DNA from: Prochlorococcus sp. AG-363-J23 | GTDB lineage: Bacteria > Cyanobacteriota > Cyanobacteriia > PCC-6307 > Cyanobiaceae | Direction: 5' to 3' | Length of the DNA stretch: 64,000 nucleotides | NCBI GenBank assembly: GCA_003280245.1 | Contig: QCFN01000001.1 | Span: 24,300 to 88,299, forward strand | Part shown: one piece after another, positions 28,773 through 39,989 of the stretch | Position numbering within the stretch: the stretch's first letter is position 1 | Layout: the number at the start of each line of letters is the position of its first letter | Notes under the pieces: model-generated | What the model saw: only the letters and a program-made list of their open reading frames with translations | Told to the model about the DNA's origin: nothing | Database searches by the model: none | Translations under genes and position numbers: made by a program

Positions 28773-29039
28773 TTAAATTTCTACCACTTCATCTGTGTCG
28801 TTGGTTTCTTTAGTTTGTGGCAGCTTGCATGCGATAGGAGCTTGGAGTACGGAATCTTTTAGTTGTTCAGGATGTTCTCCTAGGCATGTAATCCATTCGC
28901 AAAATTCCTGGGTGATTGCAAAACTATCCTCATATCGTTCAAGACTGTCAAGAACTGAGATTCGAGAAGAAGCCCAAAAACTTGTAATGCTTATACGTCG
29001 TTTAAGAGATTGATCCATGAATTTGTCCCCAATGGCCAC
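28773..29039 (-). CDS. Hypothetical protein
   Basis: An 88-aa ORF with no recognisable motif. Confidence 0.35.
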   Translation of the reverse strand: MAIGDKFMDQSLKRRISITSFWASSRISVLDSLERYEDSFAITQEFCEWITCLGEHPEQLKDSVLQAPIACKLPQTKETNDTDEVVEI

Positions 29040-29110
29040 TAGATTGACACGTTGATGGCTCGATATCGTGTAATTTTTGGCACAAAAGCATATTTTTAGT
29101 ACAAAAATAT

Positions 29111-30535
29111 TTATCTCTGTAAGAAATTAGGTAATTCCACTGTGTTCATTTTTATTAAACGGTCTGCTTTGTCATTTATTGCTTCTAGGGGAAGATTTGG
29201 CCCCCCAGGATTAAAAGAAGCATCTGATCCAGTTAAGGATTCCTCAATTCCGCGAATTAGGTAAGGGGTTGTTTCTGACCAGCTGCTTGCATGCTCCATT
29301 AGTAAGGGGTCTGCAGGCGCATATATGTATGACGGGTGACGAGGTATAGGCTCTATAGAGGCCCTAGAAGCGGAAACCCGAACTGCTCTGGTAATACTTT
29401 GAAGAAATCTAGCTTTTGTGACAACTGTTGAGAGATACGCGATGACTCTAAGCCTGGGGGCATTGAATCCCTCAGCGCACATATCGATGCTTACTAGCCA
29501 AGAGGCATTACCATTTTGGAATTCCTTTAAAAGTTCAATTGAATCTTTGTTTTGTGAGTGCACAAGTTCCACTTGGTTACCATCTTCCTTAAGGAACTGA
29601 GCAATTGATTTGGCATGCTCGATGTCCCGTGCGATTACAAGCCCTGCGGCGTTTGGATGAATAGAACGAATTCTGTCAAGCCTTTTTCTGGCTTTTATTA
29701 GTAATTGCAAGGCAACGCTGCTTTTATCAGAGAGGCGTATTGAGCGCCTTAAGTTCCTAGCTCGCCAGCTTTCTCTTTGCTCTGTAGAGATTGCGGATAA
29801 TTTTGGATTTGTTTCTCCATTTCTACAGTGTTCAACCCAACCATCCTGAAAACGGAACTCAAGAGGACGTACGTCTCCCTCTTCAATCAGCTCGCGTGAT
29901 TCAATGCTTAGATCAGGATTTATTTGTTCAATTTGTTCATTTTCAGTATTTATTTTGATTTTGCGAGCAGCACAAAATGCTAAGTTGTCTGCTCTAAAGG
30001 GAGTACCTGTAAGACCAAGACGTAATTTGCTTTTATTTGAAAGTTTTAGAAAAGTTTCTCCCCAAATTGGTCCTTGAGGTTCTTCGGGGTTTAGCCCTAG
30101 ATGATGAGCCTCATCAGCAATAGTTAGAATTTTCTTATCTTTCCAGCTATTGATTTCAGTTAATAGATGCTCAGACTTTCTGCTTGCACTTTGGTAAGTA
30201 ATTGCTAATCCATCAACTTTGTCAATACTGTTTTCTTGTTCTATTAGTGAATCGTAGTTTTCGACTTTTAATCCCAGTAATTTTGAGGAATCTAACCATT
30301 GTTGGACTATTGAATTGCGGTGACAGAAGACTAAAAATTTTGATAACTTTCCTTCATTTTTCATTGCAATGAAGCTTAATAAGGCACCTAATGTTTTTCC
30401 TGCACCAGGACCTGCATGGATAAGGATATCGAAATTTCCTTGTAGATTATTGGATAATCTACGACGTAAAAGTTGAATTAGTTTTCTTTGCCAAGTCCTA
30501 GGTTGGATTGATGCTTCGAAAGAGTTTCTAGGCAA
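29111..30535 (-). CDS. Superfamily-2 DEAH-box helicase (ResIII-like)
   Basis: Motif I is GPGAGKT, motif II is DEAHH and motif III-like is LTGTP. A C-terminal helicase domain follows. Confidence 0.7.
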   Translation of the reverse strand: MPRNSFEASIQPRTWQRKLIQLLRRRLSNNLQGNFDILIHAGPGAGKTLGALLSFIAMKNEGKLSKFLVFCHRNSIVQQWLDSSKLLGLKVENYDSLIEQENSIDKVDGLAITYQSASRKSEHLLTEINSWKDKKILTIADEAHHLGLNPEEPQGPIWGETFLKLSNKSKLRLGLTGTPFRADNLAFCAARKIKINTENEQIEQINPDLSIESRELIEEGDVRPLEFRFQDGWVEHCRNGETNPKLSAISTEQRESWRARNLRRSIRLSDKSSVALQLLIKARKRLDRIRSIHPNAAGLVIARDIEHAKSIAQFLKEDGNQVELVHSQNKDSIELLKEFQNGNASWLVSIDMCAEGFNAPRLRVIAYLSTVVTKARFLQSITRAVRVSASRASIEPIPRHPSYIYAPADPLLMEHASSWSETTPYLIRGIEESLTGSDASFNPGGPNLPLEAINDKADRLIKMNTVELPNFLQR

Positions 30536-30732
30536 CTGAAAGGAGTAAGTTGAGATGATAAAATGAAATTAATTATTTATTTATAGCTATATAAACAGTT
30601 TTGGCAAATAAAAATAATAATCACCTTGAGAATCTGAAACAATCTCAATATTTATATGCTATTGCATCTAGAAAAGATTAGCTTGTAATGAAGTATTTCC
30701 TTGTATGGTAAAGAATTTATTTTATGTTTTTG

Positions 30733-31323
30733 CTAACTAATAGCCTCTGTGTGATTTAGGAGAAGTCTTTCTACTTCTTCAAGGCCTTCTTTGGCGGCTT
30801 CATGGGCTAGATCAGAGTTTCCTTTTGCATCATTGACTAGTTGACTTGTTAGTCGGTCAATTAGCTCTTCTTTTTGCTTTTCAATCAGTGCAATTAACTC
30901 ATTCTCAATAATTTTGCGTACAGCAATGCTTCTAAGGGGATTTTCACTGGCTTCAGCAAAGGTTCCCTGAACCAACTCTTGAATAAAAAGTTTGTGTACT
31001 TCGCTACTTCTTAGAAAGCTTTCTGTCGCATTAATAATGCCTTCAACAAGGGTTTCGTCTGGTTCAGATTCATTTTCCCTAAGCTTGAACTCCCAATCTA
31101 AATGTCGTCTTTGCCAGCCAGAAGAGTGAAGACTAGGCATTACGGTTTGTGAGTATGTATCTACTGACATTTCGTAAATTCTTTCTGCAAGGCGCTCACA
31201 CCACTCGCGTCCATGGACTTGAAGGTTCTTGTGCATTGCTGAACGGTCTACTGAATGGCCGCCATGATGGCTGTGGCAAACGCCATCTGGGCATTCGATT
31301 GCTTTAAGGCCCATTAAATTCAA
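30733..31323 (-). CDS. Hypothetical protein with an N-terminal Cys/His cluster
   Basis: A 196-aa protein with ECPDGVCHSHHGGH near the N-terminus. The remainder looks helical. Confidence 0.4.
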   Translation of the reverse strand: MNLMGLKAIECPDGVCHSHHGGHSVDRSAMHKNLQVHGREWCERLAERIYEMSVDTYSQTVMPSLHSSGWQRRHLDWEFKLRENESEPDETLVEGIINATESFLRSSEVHKLFIQELVQGTFAEASENPLRSIAVRKIIENELIALIEKQKEELIDRLTSQLVNDAKGNSDLAHEAAKEGLEEVERLLLNHTEAIS

Positions 31324-31442
31324 GAGAAAATATCTAGCTTCTTTCTAGCCACATAAATCCTTTTGGTACATCATTTTTTAGAAAACACTTTTATTCCTGG
31401 ACAATTACCCTTTAGTCTTCTAAAGGTTCAAGGACAGAAGCC

Positions 31443-32585
31443 TTGGTTAGAGTTTTAGTTCCAGTTGAAACTGTTTCAGGAGAAACTCGTGTTGCAGCAA
31501 CGCCAGATACCGTTAAGAGGTATCTGGCTATTGGATGCAAGGTTGCTGTTGAATCAGGCGCAGGACAAGCCGCAGGCTTTTTGGATTCGCAATATTCCTC
31601 TTCAGGTGCCCAAATAGTCCCTATTGGCGACTCGGAAGCATGGAGTACTGCTGATGTATTGCTTTGTGTTCAGTCTCCTAATCAAAATGCTCTTGGAAAA
31701 CTAAAGAAAGGGTCAGTTTTGTTTGGTTTGCTGTCTCCTTATGCAAATTCAACTCTGGCTAGAGCTTTAGAAAAAAGTTCTCTTTCGGCTATTGCCCTTG
31801 AATTGCTTCCGAGGATTAGTCGAGCTCAATCAGCAGATGCACTTTCTTCACAGGCAAATATCGCTGGATATAAGTCTGTTCTTATTGCAGCTGCAGCCCT
31901 TGATCGGTACTTCCCTATGTTAATGACTGCTGCGGGGACGGTTCAGCCTGCAAGAGTTCTTGTATTGGGTGCAGGGGTGGCAGGTTTACAAGCAGTTGCT
32001 ACGGCTAGACGTTTAGGAGCGATTGTTTATGTAAGTGATATTCGTTCGGCAGTCAAAGAGCAAGTTGAATCCTTAGGAGCCAAATTTATTGATCCCCCTT
32101 CAATTGAAGAAAAACCTTCTGAGGTTGGAGGTTATGCAAAACAAGCTTCTGAAGCATTTATGGTTGCACAAAGAAAACAACTCTCTGATCAATTAAGTGA
32201 ATCTGATGTCGCAATATGTACTGCTCAAGTCCCAGGAAAGAAAGCTCCTAGATTGATAAATCATGAAATGCTTAATCGAATGCGATCAGGTTCTGTAGTA
32301 GTTGACATTGCTGTTGCACAAGGAGGGAATTGTGCGGAGACTCTCCCTGGTCAAACAACAGTCAGAAATGGAGTAAAGCTTATAGGAGCCTCAGATTTGC
32401 CATGTTCTGTGCCTAATCATGCAAGTTCGCTTTATGCAAGGAACCTCTTGGCACTTCTTCAGCCTTTAATTGCAGATGGCGTTTTAAGGCTCAACCTTGA
32501 GGATGAGATGATTTCTTCTTCATTGATAAGTCATGAAGGTTCTATTCGTTTCCCTGACTTGCTCAACAACGGAGGCTCTAACTGA
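31443..32585 (+). CDS. pntAA: NAD(P) transhydrogenase alpha subunit, part 1
   Basis: Contains ETRVAATPDTVKRY and the Rossmann motif VLGAGVAGLQA. An apparent TTG start. Confidence 0.85.
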   Translation: MVRVLVPVETVSGETRVAATPDTVKRYLAIGCKVAVESGAGQAAGFLDSQYSSSGAQIVPIGDSEAWSTADVLLCVQSPNQNALGKLKKGSVLFGLLSPYANSTLARALEKSSLSAIALELLPRISRAQSADALSSQANIAGYKSVLIAAAALDRYFPMLMTAAGTVQPARVLVLGAGVAGLQAVATARRLGAIVYVSDIRSAVKEQVESLGAKFIDPPSIEEKPSEVGGYAKQASEAFMVAQRKQLSDQLSESDVAICTAQVPGKKAPRLINHEMLNRMRSGSVVVDIAVAQGGNCAETLPGQTTVRNGVKLIGASDLPCSVPNHASSLYARNLLALLQPLIADGVLRLNLEDEMISSSLISHEGSIRFPDLLNNGGSN

Positions 32586-32890
32586 TGGGATTTTTTAGTG
32601 AAGCCTTATGGGTATTGTTATTAGGAAGCTTGCTGGGCCTTGAATTAATTGGGAAGGTTCCACCTACTTTGCATACTCCTCTAATGAGTGGAGCAAATGC
32701 AATTTCTGGGATAACAATGCTTGCTGGTTTGACCTTGATCATTAAGGCTGCGGGAAATCTTCCCTTAATGATTATGGGTTCAGTTGCATTAGGGTTTGCA
32801 TTGTTTAATGTAATTGGTGGTTTTGTTGTCACTGACAGAATGCTTGCAATGTTCAGCCGTAAGTCAAATAGAAGGAAGGACAATTCCTAA
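32585..32890 (+). CDS. pntAB: NAD(P) transhydrogenase alpha subunit, part 2 (membrane)
   Basis: A 101-aa hydrophobic protein containing HTPLMSGANAISG. Start and stop codons overlap on both sides. Confidence 0.85.
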   Translation: MGFFSEALWVLLLGSLLGLELIGKVPPTLHTPLMSGANAISGITMLAGLTLIIKAAGNLPLMIMGSVALGFALFNVIGGFVVTDRMLAMFSRKSNRRKDNS

Positions 32891-34329
32891 TGGATGCTTC
32901 TCAAATTCTGAAGTTTGCAATCGACTTGATTGCAGTTCTTCTTTTAGCTCTAGGGATAAAGGGACTTTCAAAAATCCGTTCAGCTCGTGAAGCTAATCGA
33001 CTGGCTGCTTTAGCTATGAGCCTTGCAGTTGCAGGTGTTTTATTCCAATCATTTAATGATATTGGTATATCTCTAGCTTCTTGGCTTTGGATTGTTTTGG
33101 GTGTACTTGTTGGTGGTTTTCTTGGCTGGATTACCGCTAAAAGAGTTCCAATGACTTCCATGCCGGAAACAGTTGCTTTGTTTAACGGTTGTGGCGGAAT
33201 TTCTTCATTGTTAGTTGCATTAGGTGTTGCTTTATATCCTTTGGCGATAGGTGATTCTGAGCTTGGCATAGGGCTTATTGAGAAAATTTCTATTGTTGTT
33301 TCTATTTTTGTTGGAGCAATTACTTTTAGTGGCTCAATGGTTGCTATGGCCAAATTGCAGGGATGGTTGAACACTCCTGCATTTATGCAAAGTAAATTTC
33401 GTCATGCACTAAATATTTCCCTTTCAGTACTTTCATTCATAGCTTCTGTTCACATTATTTCTGGTGGTGATAGTGGAATTTGGCCGTTAGTTATTGGATC
33501 AACTTTATTAGGTATTGGTGTAACACTCCCGATTGGTGGTGCAGATATGCCTGTGGTGATTTCTCTATTAAATAGCTATTCAGGGGTTGCAGCGGCTGCA
33601 GCAGGATTTGTAGTTGGAAGCCAATTGTTAATTGTTGCTGGTGCAATGGTTGGCGCAGCAGGTTTAATCCTTACCCAGGTTATGTGTGATGGGATGAATC
33701 GATCTCTCTTATCTGTTTTATTTGGTGGTGCTATAGCAGCAAATTCAGTTTCATCAATTGAAAAAGGAGGCGAGTATACCAATATAACTAGCTGTAGTGT
33801 TGAAGAATGTGCATTAACTCTTGAAGTCGCCGAGAGGGTTGTAATTGTTCCTGGTTATGGCTTGGCAGTTGCTCAAGCTCAGCACACTCTTAGAGAAGTT
33901 ACTCGTGTTCTAGAGGCTGGAGGAATAGAAGTTTCTTATGCAATTCATCCAGTTGCCGGTCGCATGCCTGGGCATATGAATGTTCTTTTGGCTGAAGCCG
34001 ATGTTCCCTATCAGCAGCTTAAAGAAATGGATCAAGTGAATCCTGATTTTCCTGCTACAGATGTTGTTTTAGTTCTTGGTGCAAATGATGTTGTGAATCC
34101 ACAAGCAAAGAACGACCCTAGCTCGCCTTTATATGGAATGCCTGTGCTAGATGTTCAGGAATCCCGTACGGTTTTTGTTGTTAAGAGAGGAATGAGTGCA
34201 GGATATTCAGGAATAAAAAATGATTTATTTGAATTGTCCAATACCTCAATGGTTTTTGGCGATGCTAAGAAGGTTCTTGGTGACCTTTTGGTTGAACTTA
34301 AAGAATTAGGTGTTGGAAGAAGAACTTGA
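32890..34329 (+). CDS. pntB: NAD(P) transhydrogenase beta subunit
   Basis: A membrane N-terminus is followed by the dIII domain (IVPGYGLAVAQAQH, HPVAGRMPGHMNVLLAEA, GANDVVNP). Confidence 0.9.
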   Translation: MDASQILKFAIDLIAVLLLALGIKGLSKIRSAREANRLAALAMSLAVAGVLFQSFNDIGISLASWLWIVLGVLVGGFLGWITAKRVPMTSMPETVALFNGCGGISSLLVALGVALYPLAIGDSELGIGLIEKISIVVSIFVGAITFSGSMVAMAKLQGWLNTPAFMQSKFRHALNISLSVLSFIASVHIISGGDSGIWPLVIGSTLLGIGVTLPIGGADMPVVISLLNSYSGVAAAAAGFVVGSQLLIVAGAMVGAAGLILTQVMCDGMNRSLLSVLFGGAIAANSVSSIEKGGEYTNITSCSVEECALTLEVAERVVIVPGYGLAVAQAQHTLREVTRVLEAGGIEVSYAIHPVAGRMPGHMNVLLAEADVPYQQLKEMDQVNPDFPATDVVLVLGANDVVNPQAKNDPSSPLYGMPVLDVQESRTVFVVKRGMSAGYSGIKNDLFELSNTSMVFGDAKKVLGDLLVELKELGVGRRT

Positions 34330-35416
34330 TATCAATTCCAGTCTTTTTAAAGAGCTTGGATTAAATAAATTTAAAGAGCGTTTACCCTGGATTGGAGGAG
34401 ACTTGCAGACTCTTAGGGATACGTTTATAGAGGAAACTCTTCCCGCTGAAAGATCAGAAGAAGTTCAAATACCTATTCCTTCTTATTTATCAGAATCTCT
34501 TGGGGCTGGCTATTTACTTGCCTTTTTAGATCGTCCACATCGTAGTTACTCTTGTTATAAAGGCTTGGTCTTGTTACTGCATGGCCTTGGTGGATCTAGT
34601 AGACGTTTAGGGATACGGAGAATGGCTATATCTCTTTTGGATGAGGGATTTGCTGTTATGAGATTGAATTTAAGAGGTGCTGATCCTGGCAGGCATCTTG
34701 CAGGTGGAACTTATGCAGCAAAGTGTAATAACGACATTATCCCGGCTTTAAAAATAGCTAGATATTTTTCTGAGAACTTGAAGAGCGAAAGTAAAAACAA
34801 AACATTGCCATTGTTTGGAGTAGGCCTTTCTCTAGGAGGAACTATCTTATTAAATGCTTGTTTGTCTGAGGAGGTTAATAATAAAATGAATAGATGTTTG
34901 GATGGTTTGGTTTGTGTTAGCAGCCCATTAGATTTAGAAGCTTGTAGTAATTCAATAGAAAGACCAAGGAATACTCTCTATCAGAGATGGCTCTTACATA
35001 GACTTGTTAAGCAAACTTTTGCTGATCCCTTTCCCATTTCAATCGCTGAAACACGGAAACTTGGTAAAGTGCTTAAAGGGTATGAGAAAATAAAAAACCT
35101 CCGAGAATTTGATTCATTAATTACAGCACCAAGATGGGGATTCCTTGATGTGGATGAATATTATCGAAAAGCTTCACCTGTTAATTCTTTTGAAGACAGA
35201 AGTTCTTTTTTGCCTCCTACATTGTTTCTGCAATCTGAAGATGATCCATGGGTTCCGGCTCAAGCTGCTAGAAATTTGTTGATGAATAAATCATTTCTTC
35301 GTTCACCTGATTTAAATATGATATTGACTGCTAGAGGTGGGCATAACGGCTTTCATGGTGTTGATGGCTGCTGGGGAGATACTGTTGTTACTAAATGGCT
35401 AAATAATTTAAGTTGA
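34310..35416 (+). CDS. YheT-type alpha/beta hydrolase
   Basis: Contains LLLHGLGGSS, GVGLSLGG and a C-terminal GGHNGF. Confidence 0.65.
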   Translation: MLEEELDINSSLFKELGLNKFKERLPWIGGDLQTLRDTFIEETLPAERSEEVQIPIPSYLSESLGAGYLLAFLDRPHRSYSCYKGLVLLLHGLGGSSRRLGIRRMAISLLDEGFAVMRLNLRGADPGRHLAGGTYAAKCNNDIIPALKIARYFSENLKSESKNKTLPLFGVGLSLGGTILLNACLSEEVNNKMNRCLDGLVCVSSPLDLEACSNSIERPRNTLYQRWLLHRLVKQTFADPFPISIAETRKLGKVLKGYEKIKNLREFDSLITAPRWGFLDVDEYYRKASPVNSFEDRSSFLPPTLFLQSEDDPWVPAQAARNLLMNKSFLRSPDLNMILTARGGHNGFHGVDGCWGDTVVTKWLNNLS

Positions 35417-35764
35417 ATATTTTTTTGATATAGAGAATGGAGTTCTTTTAAGAATCCATTCTTCTAAAGGATTCCCATTGATTATATGTTCGTCGATAAT
35501 TTTGTCGATCTTTTCAGATGTAACTTTTTTATACCAAATACCATCAGGCCATATAAGAAGAATGGGACCTTCCTTGCAAATTCGAAGGCAATCAACTTTG
35601 CTTCTTAGGATTATCCCTGATTTATTTCTCTGACTCTCAAGACCTAGCTCACTTATAATTTTTTTTAAGCGAAGCCAACTTTCTTTTCCTATTGAAGGGT
35701 CACAACACCTTGAGGATGAAGGAGTTACACAAAGAAGTAGATGATGAGTTATTAATGAGTTCAT
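35408..35764 (-). CDS. Thioredoxin-like [2Fe-2S] ferredoxin-domain protein
   Basis: Cys pattern LLLCV...RCC...VDCLRICKEGP. It converges on and overlaps the hydrolase gene by 9 bp. Confidence 0.5.
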   Translation of the reverse strand: MNSLITHHLLLCVTPSSSRCCDPSIGKESWLRLKKIISELGLESQRNKSGIILRSKVDCLRICKEGPILLIWPDGIWYKKVTSEKIDKIIDEHIINGNPLEEWILKRTPFSISKKYST

Positions 35765-35766
35765 TT

Positions 35767-37008
35767 TTATTCTTGAGAAAAATTTATTTTTTTTCTATCT
35801 GCTTCTTGCCTAATTATTTTCCTTGCCCATTGATCAACGTTAAGAACGTCATCAAGGCTAGGAAATTCTTTGAAATCCTTCTTATGTTTTTCGCAAGTAA
35901 ACTCTATTAATTTCGGAATATCTAAAAAGTGAATTTTTTCATCTAGAAATAGTGCTACTGCTTCTTCATTTGCTGCATTGAGAACTGCTGGCATGCTCCC
36001 TCCTTCTTTGCCAGCTGAATAGGCAAGCTCCATACATGGATATTTTTTAGTATTTGGCTCCCTAAATGTTAACTCTCCGACCTCGCTGAGGTTTAAACTT
36101 TTCCATGGAGTCTTTAGACGTTTGGGCCAGCTAAGACAGTATAGAATTGGTAATTTCATGTCAGGCCATCCAAGTTGAGCGAGTACAGAAGAGTCTGAAA
36201 GCTCAATCATTGAGTGAATAATGCTTTGAGGGTGTATTACTATCCCTATTTGTTTATAATCAAGGCCAAAAAGGTAATGTGCCTCTATTACTTCTAGGCC
36301 TTTATTCATTAATGTTGCAGAATCTACGGTTATTTTTTTACCCATACTCCAATTTGGATGACTTGTTGCATCTTTAATAGTTGCTTTTTGGAGCTCTTCG
36401 ATTGACCAGTCCCTGAAAGCTCCTCCTGAGGCGGTTAGTTGTATTCCTTGGAGCCCTGGTGTTGGTATCCCTGTGGAAAGTCGAGCATTCTCTTCCCATG
36501 GTGTTCCTTGTAAGCATTGAAAAATAGCCGAATGCTCTGAATCAGCAGGCAGCAATTGACTCCCACTGATTTTTAATTCAGGCAGAACTACAGGTCCTGC
36601 TGCTATCAAGGTTTCTTTATTTGCTAACGCGATATCTTTGCCTGCCTTGATAGCTGAGAGTGTGGGAAGAAGCCCTGCACATCCAACAATTCCTGTTACA
36701 ACTATATCTGCGCTATTCCATGAAGCCACAGTATTTAGGCCATCTTTCCCTCCAATTATTTGAGGACACTTAAATGAATTGCCTTTGTTGGAGGTTGTTT
36801 TTAGAAGGTCCTTAAGCTTAGGAATTAAGTCCTCTTCGGATATTGCAACGATCTCGGGTTGGTGTTTTTTGATTTGTTCAGCCAGTAGAGGAAGATTTCT
36901 TCCTGCTGTCATTGCTACAACCTTGAATTGACTTGGGAATTCTTCAGCTATTTGAAGGGTTTGGGTCCCAATAGAACCTGTTGACCCCAAGATGCTAATG
37001 GCTTTCAA
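35767..37008 (-). CDS. dxr: 1-deoxy-D-xylulose-5-phosphate reductoisomerase
   Basis: Contains [18 protein letters not shown] and [10 protein letters not shown]. Confidence 0.95.
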   Translation of the reverse strand: MKAISILGSTGSIGTQTLQIAEEFPSQFKVVAMTAGRNLPLLAEQIKKHQPEIVAISEEDLIPKLKDLLKTTSNKGNSFKCPQIIGGKDGLNTVASWNSADIVVTGIVGCAGLLPTLSAIKAGKDIALANKETLIAAGPVVLPELKISGSQLLPADSEHSAIFQCLQGTPWEENARLSTGIPTPGLQGIQLTASGGAFRDWSIEELQKATIKDATSHPNWSMGKKITVDSATLMNKGLEVIEAHYLFGLDYKQIGIVIHPQSIIHSMIELSDSSVLAQLGWPDMKLPILYCLSWPKRLKTPWKSLNLSEVGELTFREPNTKKYPCMELAYSAGKEGGSMPAVLNAANEEAVALFLDEKIHFLDIPKLIEFTCEKHKKDFKEFPSLDDVLNVDQWARKIIRQEADRKKINFSQE

Positions 37009-37062
37009 AATATTGTTGCTGTTAAAACTAGTTTCCCATTAGGTGCACTCCAAGTTCCAATC

Positions 37063-38424
37063 TTGGATGATGTTGTAAGTAGATTTCTTTTTATGGGTAG
37101 GGAAAAATGGCGCTCTGGCCTTGGCTTTGTACTTGCTGCGGCTGGAAGTGCAGTGGGGCTTGGGAATCTTTGGGGATTTGCTTATCGAACATCTCAAGGA
37201 GGGGGGGCTGCTTTCCTTTTTCTATACGTGTTGATTGTTTTGGTTGTTTGTCTTCCAGTACTTGTAGCGGAAATGGTTTTAGGACGTAGTACAGGAAACA
37301 GTCCTTTATTAGCACCATTAAAGGCCGCTGGAAGTCGATGGCGACCTATGGGATGGCTTTTTGTTGTTGCTGCTAGTGGAATCCTCTCTTTTTATGCGGT
37401 CCTAATGGGTTGGACTGCTCACACACTGTTCCACTCACTTTTTTATGGCCTTCCCTCTGATATGGCAGAAGCAGAATTATTTTTTAATTCTGTAAGTACT
37501 GGAGGGAGTGTTTTCATGGGACAAATTTTTAGCCTTTTCCTTACAGGTTTGGTTGTGATGGCTGGAATTAGAGGTGGCATTGAGAAACTTTCTAGATTAT
37601 TTGTACCGTTGTTATTTATTTTGCTCTTGATTTTGGCTCTCTGGGCTGGAACTCTTGAAGGAGCAATGGATGGATATAGAACTTTTTTATTTAGGCTAGA
37701 TATGCAAGAATTATTGAATCCAACAACAGTTAGGAATGCTTTTACACAGGCATTCTTCTCTATCGGTACAGGTATAGGTTGCATCCTTGCTTATGCTGCA
37801 TATCTTGATAGAAGTAACAATTTGCCCAAGGAAGCTCTCGCAGTTGTGAGTTTAGATACTGCAGTGGGATTAATTGCAGGATTGATTACTTTCCCTGTGG
37901 TAATGAGTTTTGGCTTGCAGGATGTGGTTAGTGAATCAACTGTAGGGACTCTTTTTATTGCACTCCCAACGGGATTCGCCTCATTGGGCTTTGTTGGGAG
38001 AGTGGTAGCAGTTTTATTTTTTTCTTTGGCCTATATTGCAGCAATTACCTCATCAGTTTCTTTGCTTGAAGTTCCTGTTTCTTCCTTGATTGACCGTTTG
38101 GGGTGGACTAGGAAGAAAGCAGTTTTAGTATCAACATTTAGCATTTTTATTATTGGAATTCCTACGGCTTTTAGCTTGAATATGTTAGGAATTTTTGATG
38201 CTATTTTTGGAGGAATTCTACTTATTTTTGGAGGATTTTTGTTGGCAATACTTATTGGCTGGGTAGTTCCTAGAAGGTTTGATGAAGACCTATCTTTCTG
38301 TGGCTCTTCTATTACTTTGAGAAGGACTTTGCGTTTTATGTTGCGTTGGATTTCACCTCCATTTATAGCATTTGGATTAACGGTGAGTATTTTTGACCTT
38401 ATTCATAATTGGTTCATTTCCTAA
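37063..38424 (+). CDS. Sodium-dependent transporter, SNF (neurotransmitter:sodium symporter) family
   Basis: Contains GSAVGLGNLWGFAY and about 11-12 TM segments. The true start may be the internal MGREKW. Confidence 0.8.
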   Translation: MDDVVSRFLFMGREKWRSGLGFVLAAAGSAVGLGNLWGFAYRTSQGGGAAFLFLYVLIVLVVCLPVLVAEMVLGRSTGNSPLLAPLKAAGSRWRPMGWLFVVAASGILSFYAVLMGWTAHTLFHSLFYGLPSDMAEAELFFNSVSTGGSVFMGQIFSLFLTGLVVMAGIRGGIEKLSRLFVPLLFILLLILALWAGTLEGAMDGYRTFLFRLDMQELLNPTTVRNAFTQAFFSIGTGIGCILAYAAYLDRSNNLPKEALAVVSLDTAVGLIAGLITFPVVMSFGLQDVVSESTVGTLFIALPTGFASLGFVGRVVAVLFFSLAYIAAITSSVSLLEVPVSSLIDRLGWTRKKAVLVSTFSIFIIGIPTAFSLNMLGIFDAIFGGILLIFGGFLLAILIGWVVPRRFDEDLSFCGSSITLRRTLRFMLRWISPPFIAFGLTVSIFDLIHNWFIS

Positions 38425-38435
38425 AACTGTAATTG

Positions 38436-39935
38436 CTATTTTCTAATCCATTCTGTTATTCCATTAGGTTTATCAATTAATTCAATACCTTTGCTTTTTA
38501 ATTCATCCCTAATTTGATCTGCCTTCGCAAAATCTTTTTCTCCTTTTGCTTTCATTCTTAAATCTATTAATTCTCTAATATTTGAATCTTCTATTTCTGA
38601 TTTAGATATTAATAAAGGATTTGACTGCTCAGTTTCTAGCCCTAAGGTCTTTGAAAGTTCAACAATTAATTTCCATTGATTAAGTAAGATTTTGCTTTCT
38701 TCCTTCTCAAGGACTATGCTTTCACCATGTTCAATTCTATTTGAAATTGACTTAAGAGGACGTGCTATTTCAAAAAGAACTCCCAATGCTCCTGAAGTAT
38801 TTAAGTCATCATCCATGTAATTAATAAATCTTTCCCTAAGTAAACCTAATTGTGGTCCAAATGTATTCTCTGAATCTAATGAACTTTCATTTGTTGTTGA
38901 GAAGGTAGTCGAATTCCAACCAAGTTGCTTGGAATAAATTTTCCCTAGTTCTAATGCAGAATTTAAACCCATCCATCCTTTTGCAGCAGCATCTAGCGAA
39001 TCTTTTGTGAAGTCAAGGGGCTTACGATAATGTGCTTGAAGAACAAATAGCCGAAGGGTCATTGGGGAAACTCCTTGTTGAAGAAGTGCTCTTATTGTTG
39101 TGAAGTTACCAAGAGATTTACTCATTTTTTGACCGGCTACGTTGACCATTCCATTGTGAAGCCAGTATTTTGCAAGATCTTTTCCTGAGGCAGCCTCAGA
39201 CTGAGCTATTTCATTCTCATGATGAGGGAAAATTAAATCCGCACCTCCAAGGTGGATGTCTATGGTTATGCCTAATTCTTCTTTAACCATTGCTGAACAT
39301 TCAATGTGCCATCCAGGTCTACCTTTGCCCCAAGGAGATGGAAAGCTTGGCTCATTAGGCTTTGCCTTTTTCCAGAGTGCGAAGTCAAAAGGATGATTCT
39401 TTCGATATTCTTCTTCTTGTGTAATTCTTCCGGCTATATTTTTTTCTTGGCTTGTAATATCTCGACCACTTAGCTTGCCATATTCTGAGAACTTTTCTAT
39501 AGAGAAGTAGACATCTCCATTTACACAGTAGGCAGAACCATTTGCAATTAGTTGACTAATTAAATCGCAGATACCTTCTAAGCATCTTGTGGCACGAGGC
39601 ATTCGATCAGGCCTAAGAATTCCAAGAGCATCCATATCTTCGTGGAATTTATTGATATTGCGTTCTGTTATTTCATTAATTGAGGTATTTTCTTGTAAAG
39701 CTCGGTTAATAATTTTGTCATCGATATCAGTAAAATTTTGAACAAAAGTTACCTTAAGACCTTTCCAAATTAGATATCGTCTTAGAACATCCCAAACAAT
39801 GTAACTTCGCGCATGCCCTAAATGACATAAGTCATATACGGTAACTCCACAACAATATATGTTTACTTGTCCTTCAACTATAGGGATAAAATCCTCTAAT
39901 TTTCGAGTGATTGTGTTGGTCAGCTTTAGAGACAC
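38436..39935 (-). CDS. cysS: Cysteinyl-tRNA synthetase
   Basis: Contains HLGHARSY (HIGH) and KMSKS, plus CGVTVYD. GTG start. Confidence 0.95.
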   Translation of the reverse strand: MSLKLTNTITRKLEDFIPIVEGQVNIYCCGVTVYDLCHLGHARSYIVWDVLRRYLIWKGLKVTFVQNFTDIDDKIINRALQENTSINEITERNINKFHEDMDALGILRPDRMPRATRCLEGICDLISQLIANGSAYCVNGDVYFSIEKFSEYGKLSGRDITSQEKNIAGRITQEEEYRKNHPFDFALWKKAKPNEPSFPSPWGKGRPGWHIECSAMVKEELGITIDIHLGGADLIFPHHENEIAQSEAASGKDLAKYWLHNGMVNVAGQKMSKSLGNFTTIRALLQQGVSPMTLRLFVLQAHYRKPLDFTKDSLDAAAKGWMGLNSALELGKIYSKQLGWNSTTFSTTNESSLDSENTFGPQLGLLRERFINYMDDDLNTSGALGVLFEIARPLKSISNRIEHGESIVLEKEESKILLNQWKLIVELSKTLGLETEQSNPLLISKSEIEDSNIRELIDLRMKAKGEKDFAKADQIRDELKSKGIELIDKPNGITEWIRK

Positions 39936-39989
39936 GTCTTTAGGAATTTAGAGTTTTTTTAAGGTTAAAATAAATAGTTATGAGGTTTT

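Noticed and set aside
32578-33782. Antisense ORFs within pntAB/pntB (32578-32883, 32901-33374, 33576-33782). Similar shadow ORFs occur inside polA, cobQ, the GT2 gene, ilvH, dxr-adjacent genes, urtA and urtB.
   Set aside because: They mirror well-supported genes on the opposite strand and have low-complexity translations. They are typical shadow ORFs.
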